From Macrostomum lignano (lineage: Eukaryota), in assembly GCA_002269645.1 (NCBI GenBank), contig NIVC01000371.1, forward strand, positions 248,001 through 312,000: a stretch of 64,000 nucleotides of DNA, read 5' to 3'. This document shows positions 61,160 to 64,000 of this stretch, piece after piece. The position numbers and the translations under genes are program-made. The notes beneath the pieces are model-generated. The model made no database searches and was not told the DNA's origin. It saw only the letters and a list, made by a program, of their open reading frames with translations. Position 1 is the stretch's first letter. Each line of letters opens with the position of its first letter.

Positions 61160-62027
61160 GGGTCAGAGGGCGATTCCTAATGTGGGTCAGAGGGCGATTC
61201 CTGATATGGGTCAGAGGGCGATTCTTGATATGGGTCAGAGGGCGATTCTTGATATGGGTCAGAGGGCGATTCTTGATATGGGTCAGAGGGCGATTCCTGA
61301 TGTGGGTCAGAGGGCGATTCCTGATATGGGTCAGAGGGCGATTCCTGATATGGGTCAGAGGGCGATTCCTGATATGGGTCAGAGGGCGATTCTTAATATG
61401 GGTCAGAGGGCGATTCTTGATATGGGTCAGAGGGCGATTCTTAATATGGGTCAGAGGGCGATTCCTGATATGGGTCAGAGGGGGATTCCTGATATGGGTC
61501 AGAGGGCGATTCCTGATATGGGTCAGAGGGCGATTGCTGATATGGGTCAGAGGGCGATTCCTGATATGGGTCAGAGGGCGATTCTTGATGTGGGTCAGAG
61601 GGCGATTCCTGATGTGCGTCAGAGGGCGATTCCTGATGTGGGTCAGAGGGCGATTCTTGATGTGGGTCAGAGGGCGATTCCTGATATGGATCAGAGGGCG
61701 ATTCTTGATATGGGTCAGAGGGCGATTGCTGATATGGGTCAGAGGGCGATTGCTGATATGGGTCAGAGGGCGATTGCTGATATGGGTCAGAGGGCGATTG
61801 CTGATATGGGTCAGAGGGTGATTGCTGATATGGGTCAGAGGGCGATTGCTGATATGGGTCAGAGGGTGATTGCTGATATGGGTCAGAGGGCGATTGCTGA
61901 TATGGATCAGAGGGCGATTCTTGATATGGGTCAGAGGGCGATTGCTGATATGGGTCAGAGGGCGATTCCTGATATGGGTCAGAGGGCGATTGCTGATATG
62001 GGTCAGAGGGCGATTCTAAAACTGACA
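61160..62027. repeat. 24-bp minisatellite (GGGTCAGAGGGCGATT(C/G)CTGATAT), ~36 units
   Basis: Directly visible. Confidence 0.98.
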
Positions 62028-62869
62028 CCAGAAAGCCAGTCGTGCGGAGTACATTTTGAGCTACTGATTATATACTATATGTAAGAATAACTACTATTAG
62101 CAGTATAAAAATAAACAGCCATTAATATAAAAGCGTTACAAGTTGTGCAGTGCAGACGGTAGCGATTGCAAATACAGTATGCAAGTCCGCAGATAACCGG
62201 CCTAGGAATGAGGGGGGGGGGCAAGACAAAAGCCAGGCATACCTGAAATTATTAGCTTGAAAAATAGGTTGGAAAAATAGGATTCTACTACATTATAAAC
62301 TGGGATCTGAGCAAATGATCTACAAAACACGCTAAAGATAGCTACAAGTGTGAAAAAGTATTTATATAGCACTAAAGTGATACGCTGACTACACTACTAG
62401 TTGCAGTACTAATAAACGGACAAGAAATGATCCAAGCTTATAAGCTTTAAATTAGCCAGCAGAGCAATAAAGTGAAGGATAATAGCAGAGCAGCTCTCAC
62501 ATCAATCAGAAAAAACCTGTAAGCTATCTTTCTCCGTAAATTCAAGCCAGATTCGTAAGGTAGAAAAATAGTTCAATAAAATCCGTTGATAATTTTTACC
62601 AAGAAAAATAATGATTTTCCAAATCTCCGATGGATCTACCGTAACAGTTTAATCAATAAACATTGATAAAACATATTTTGTTGTTTACAAATGCAAAAAA
62701 AACTTTGCGATATTTTACGGGCGTATAAAACTGAAACTCACTGGTGCTTACTAATATCAGTAGTGAGATAGTGCATGCAATACGAGAAATTCAACAGTAC
62801 AACAAGTCTACAAAATTAGAGAGACAAAAAATTTGCTTTAATAATGCGACAACGCAAGTTTTATAGCAA

Positions 62870-63420
62870 CGGTTGCTATGGTTACTGCTGGTTTCCGGAA
62901 TCAGTTGCTATGCGACTTCTACGAGCTTAGGTTCTACGTACCTGGTTGCTATGCAATGTTCAGTTTGTATGCTCCTGGTTTGTATGAAACTTTTAGTGTC
63001 TATGCAAGTTGTTGCCATGCAAAATTTAGTTCCCATGAATTTCGTTGCTATGCGACCTTTAGTTCTTTTGCTCCTGGTTACTATGGTATTTTTAGTGTCT
63101 ATGCAACTGGTTGCTATGCGACCTTTAGTTCTTATGCTCCTGGTTACTATGGTATTTTTAGTGTCTATGCAACTGGTTGCTATGCGACGATTGGTTTCTA
63201 CTCATCTGGTTGCTATGCGACGATTGGATTTTACTCATCTGGTTGCTATGCGACTATTGGTTTCTACTCATCTGGTTGCTATGCGACTATTGGTTTCTAC
63301 TCATCTGGTTGCTATGCGACGATTGGTTTCTACGCATCTGGTTGCTATGCGACGATTGGTTTCTACGCATCTGGTTGCTATGCGACTATTGGTTTCTACT
63401 CATCTGGTTGCTATGCGACT
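62870..63420. repeat. 33-bp minisatellite (GGTTGCTATGCGACTATTGGTTTCTACTCATCT) with degenerate and longer 5' units
   Basis: About 8 regular units at 63175-63420, preceded by diverged units that keep GTTGCTATGC. Confidence 0.93.
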
Positions 63421-64000
63421 TGGCTAAAGTTTTATACACTACTTACAAAGGAGACAGAAGTTTTTTAAGCAGAGAAAAAAGGACCTACCAAAACCCAAAA
63501 TCAATCCATACTACTTAGCAGTACCCAAAAAAGAGACAATTTCAGAAAAAGAACAAAAATTGAATCAAACACTGAAAGCGGCTTTAGAGCGGCCGCCAGA
63601 AAAAATATGGAATATTCGAGCGTATAAGACCACAAACAGTCAAAGTAACGCACAAGTCCAAGTAAAAATTATGCGATAATTTTGATTGAGAGAAAAATAA
63701 TATACATATAAACACTAAGCTATTATTATGCTTTGATAAGGGGCGGGAAAAAAGAGGAAATTACGAGGCTGGGGCAAACTCAAAATTTCTTGAGCAGAGA
63801 AGAGCGACGATATTGGGATTTAAACAAATTTCAATACTTAACTTACAATGTATATGTGTATATATATAAATATAGTAATGAGGATTCATAAAAACTGATA
63901 ATTTAGTACACGTTTCCTCACACGACCGGATACACTGTTTAACAGACGATGAACTGGAGCGCACTTACACCTGAGATGGACCCTAATGGGTAAAACAGTG

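Noticed and set aside
61050-64000. Candidate small minus-strand exons flanking the 24-bp array and near 63960
   Set aside because: Splice-like sites exist, but no consistent frame or recognisable protein could be assembled.

Overview
This is eukaryotic, animal-like DNA with spliced GT-AG genes. GC-rich exons lie among AT-rich spacers and very abundant minisatellites, a style that suggests a free-living flatworm such as Macrostomum (inference only). Genes: the 3' end of an EFCAB6-like EF-hand protein (+), a complete 4-exon S-adenosylmethionine synthase (+), a complete 3-exon phosphomannomutase (-), an intronless orphan secreted basic protein (-), a two-finger C2H2 protein (+), POLD4 (+), tRNA-Leu(AAG) (-), a NAGPA-like type I membrane protein with degenerate catalytic motifs (-), and a 7-exon ANKRD60-like gene (+). 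Mobile DNA: a decayed Tc1/IS630 element with a MITE nested in its TIR, two hAT MITEs with 8-bp TSDs, hairpin MITEs, two tRNA-derived SINE families (one CORE-type), an RNase H-type LINE relic and a hAT transposase relic. Two local tandem duplications may be real or assembly/haplotype artefacts. The most striking signals are (i) sharply bounded CpG-free, TpA-rich domains, where a MITE copy has lost 9 of 10 CpGs relative to its sister and a LINE relic shows changes consistent with CpA/TpG-context transitions, (ii) the putative NAGPA pseudoenzyme, and (iii) a different private minisatellite in most large introns. All alignments and counts were done by eye, with family motifs recalled rather than searched.
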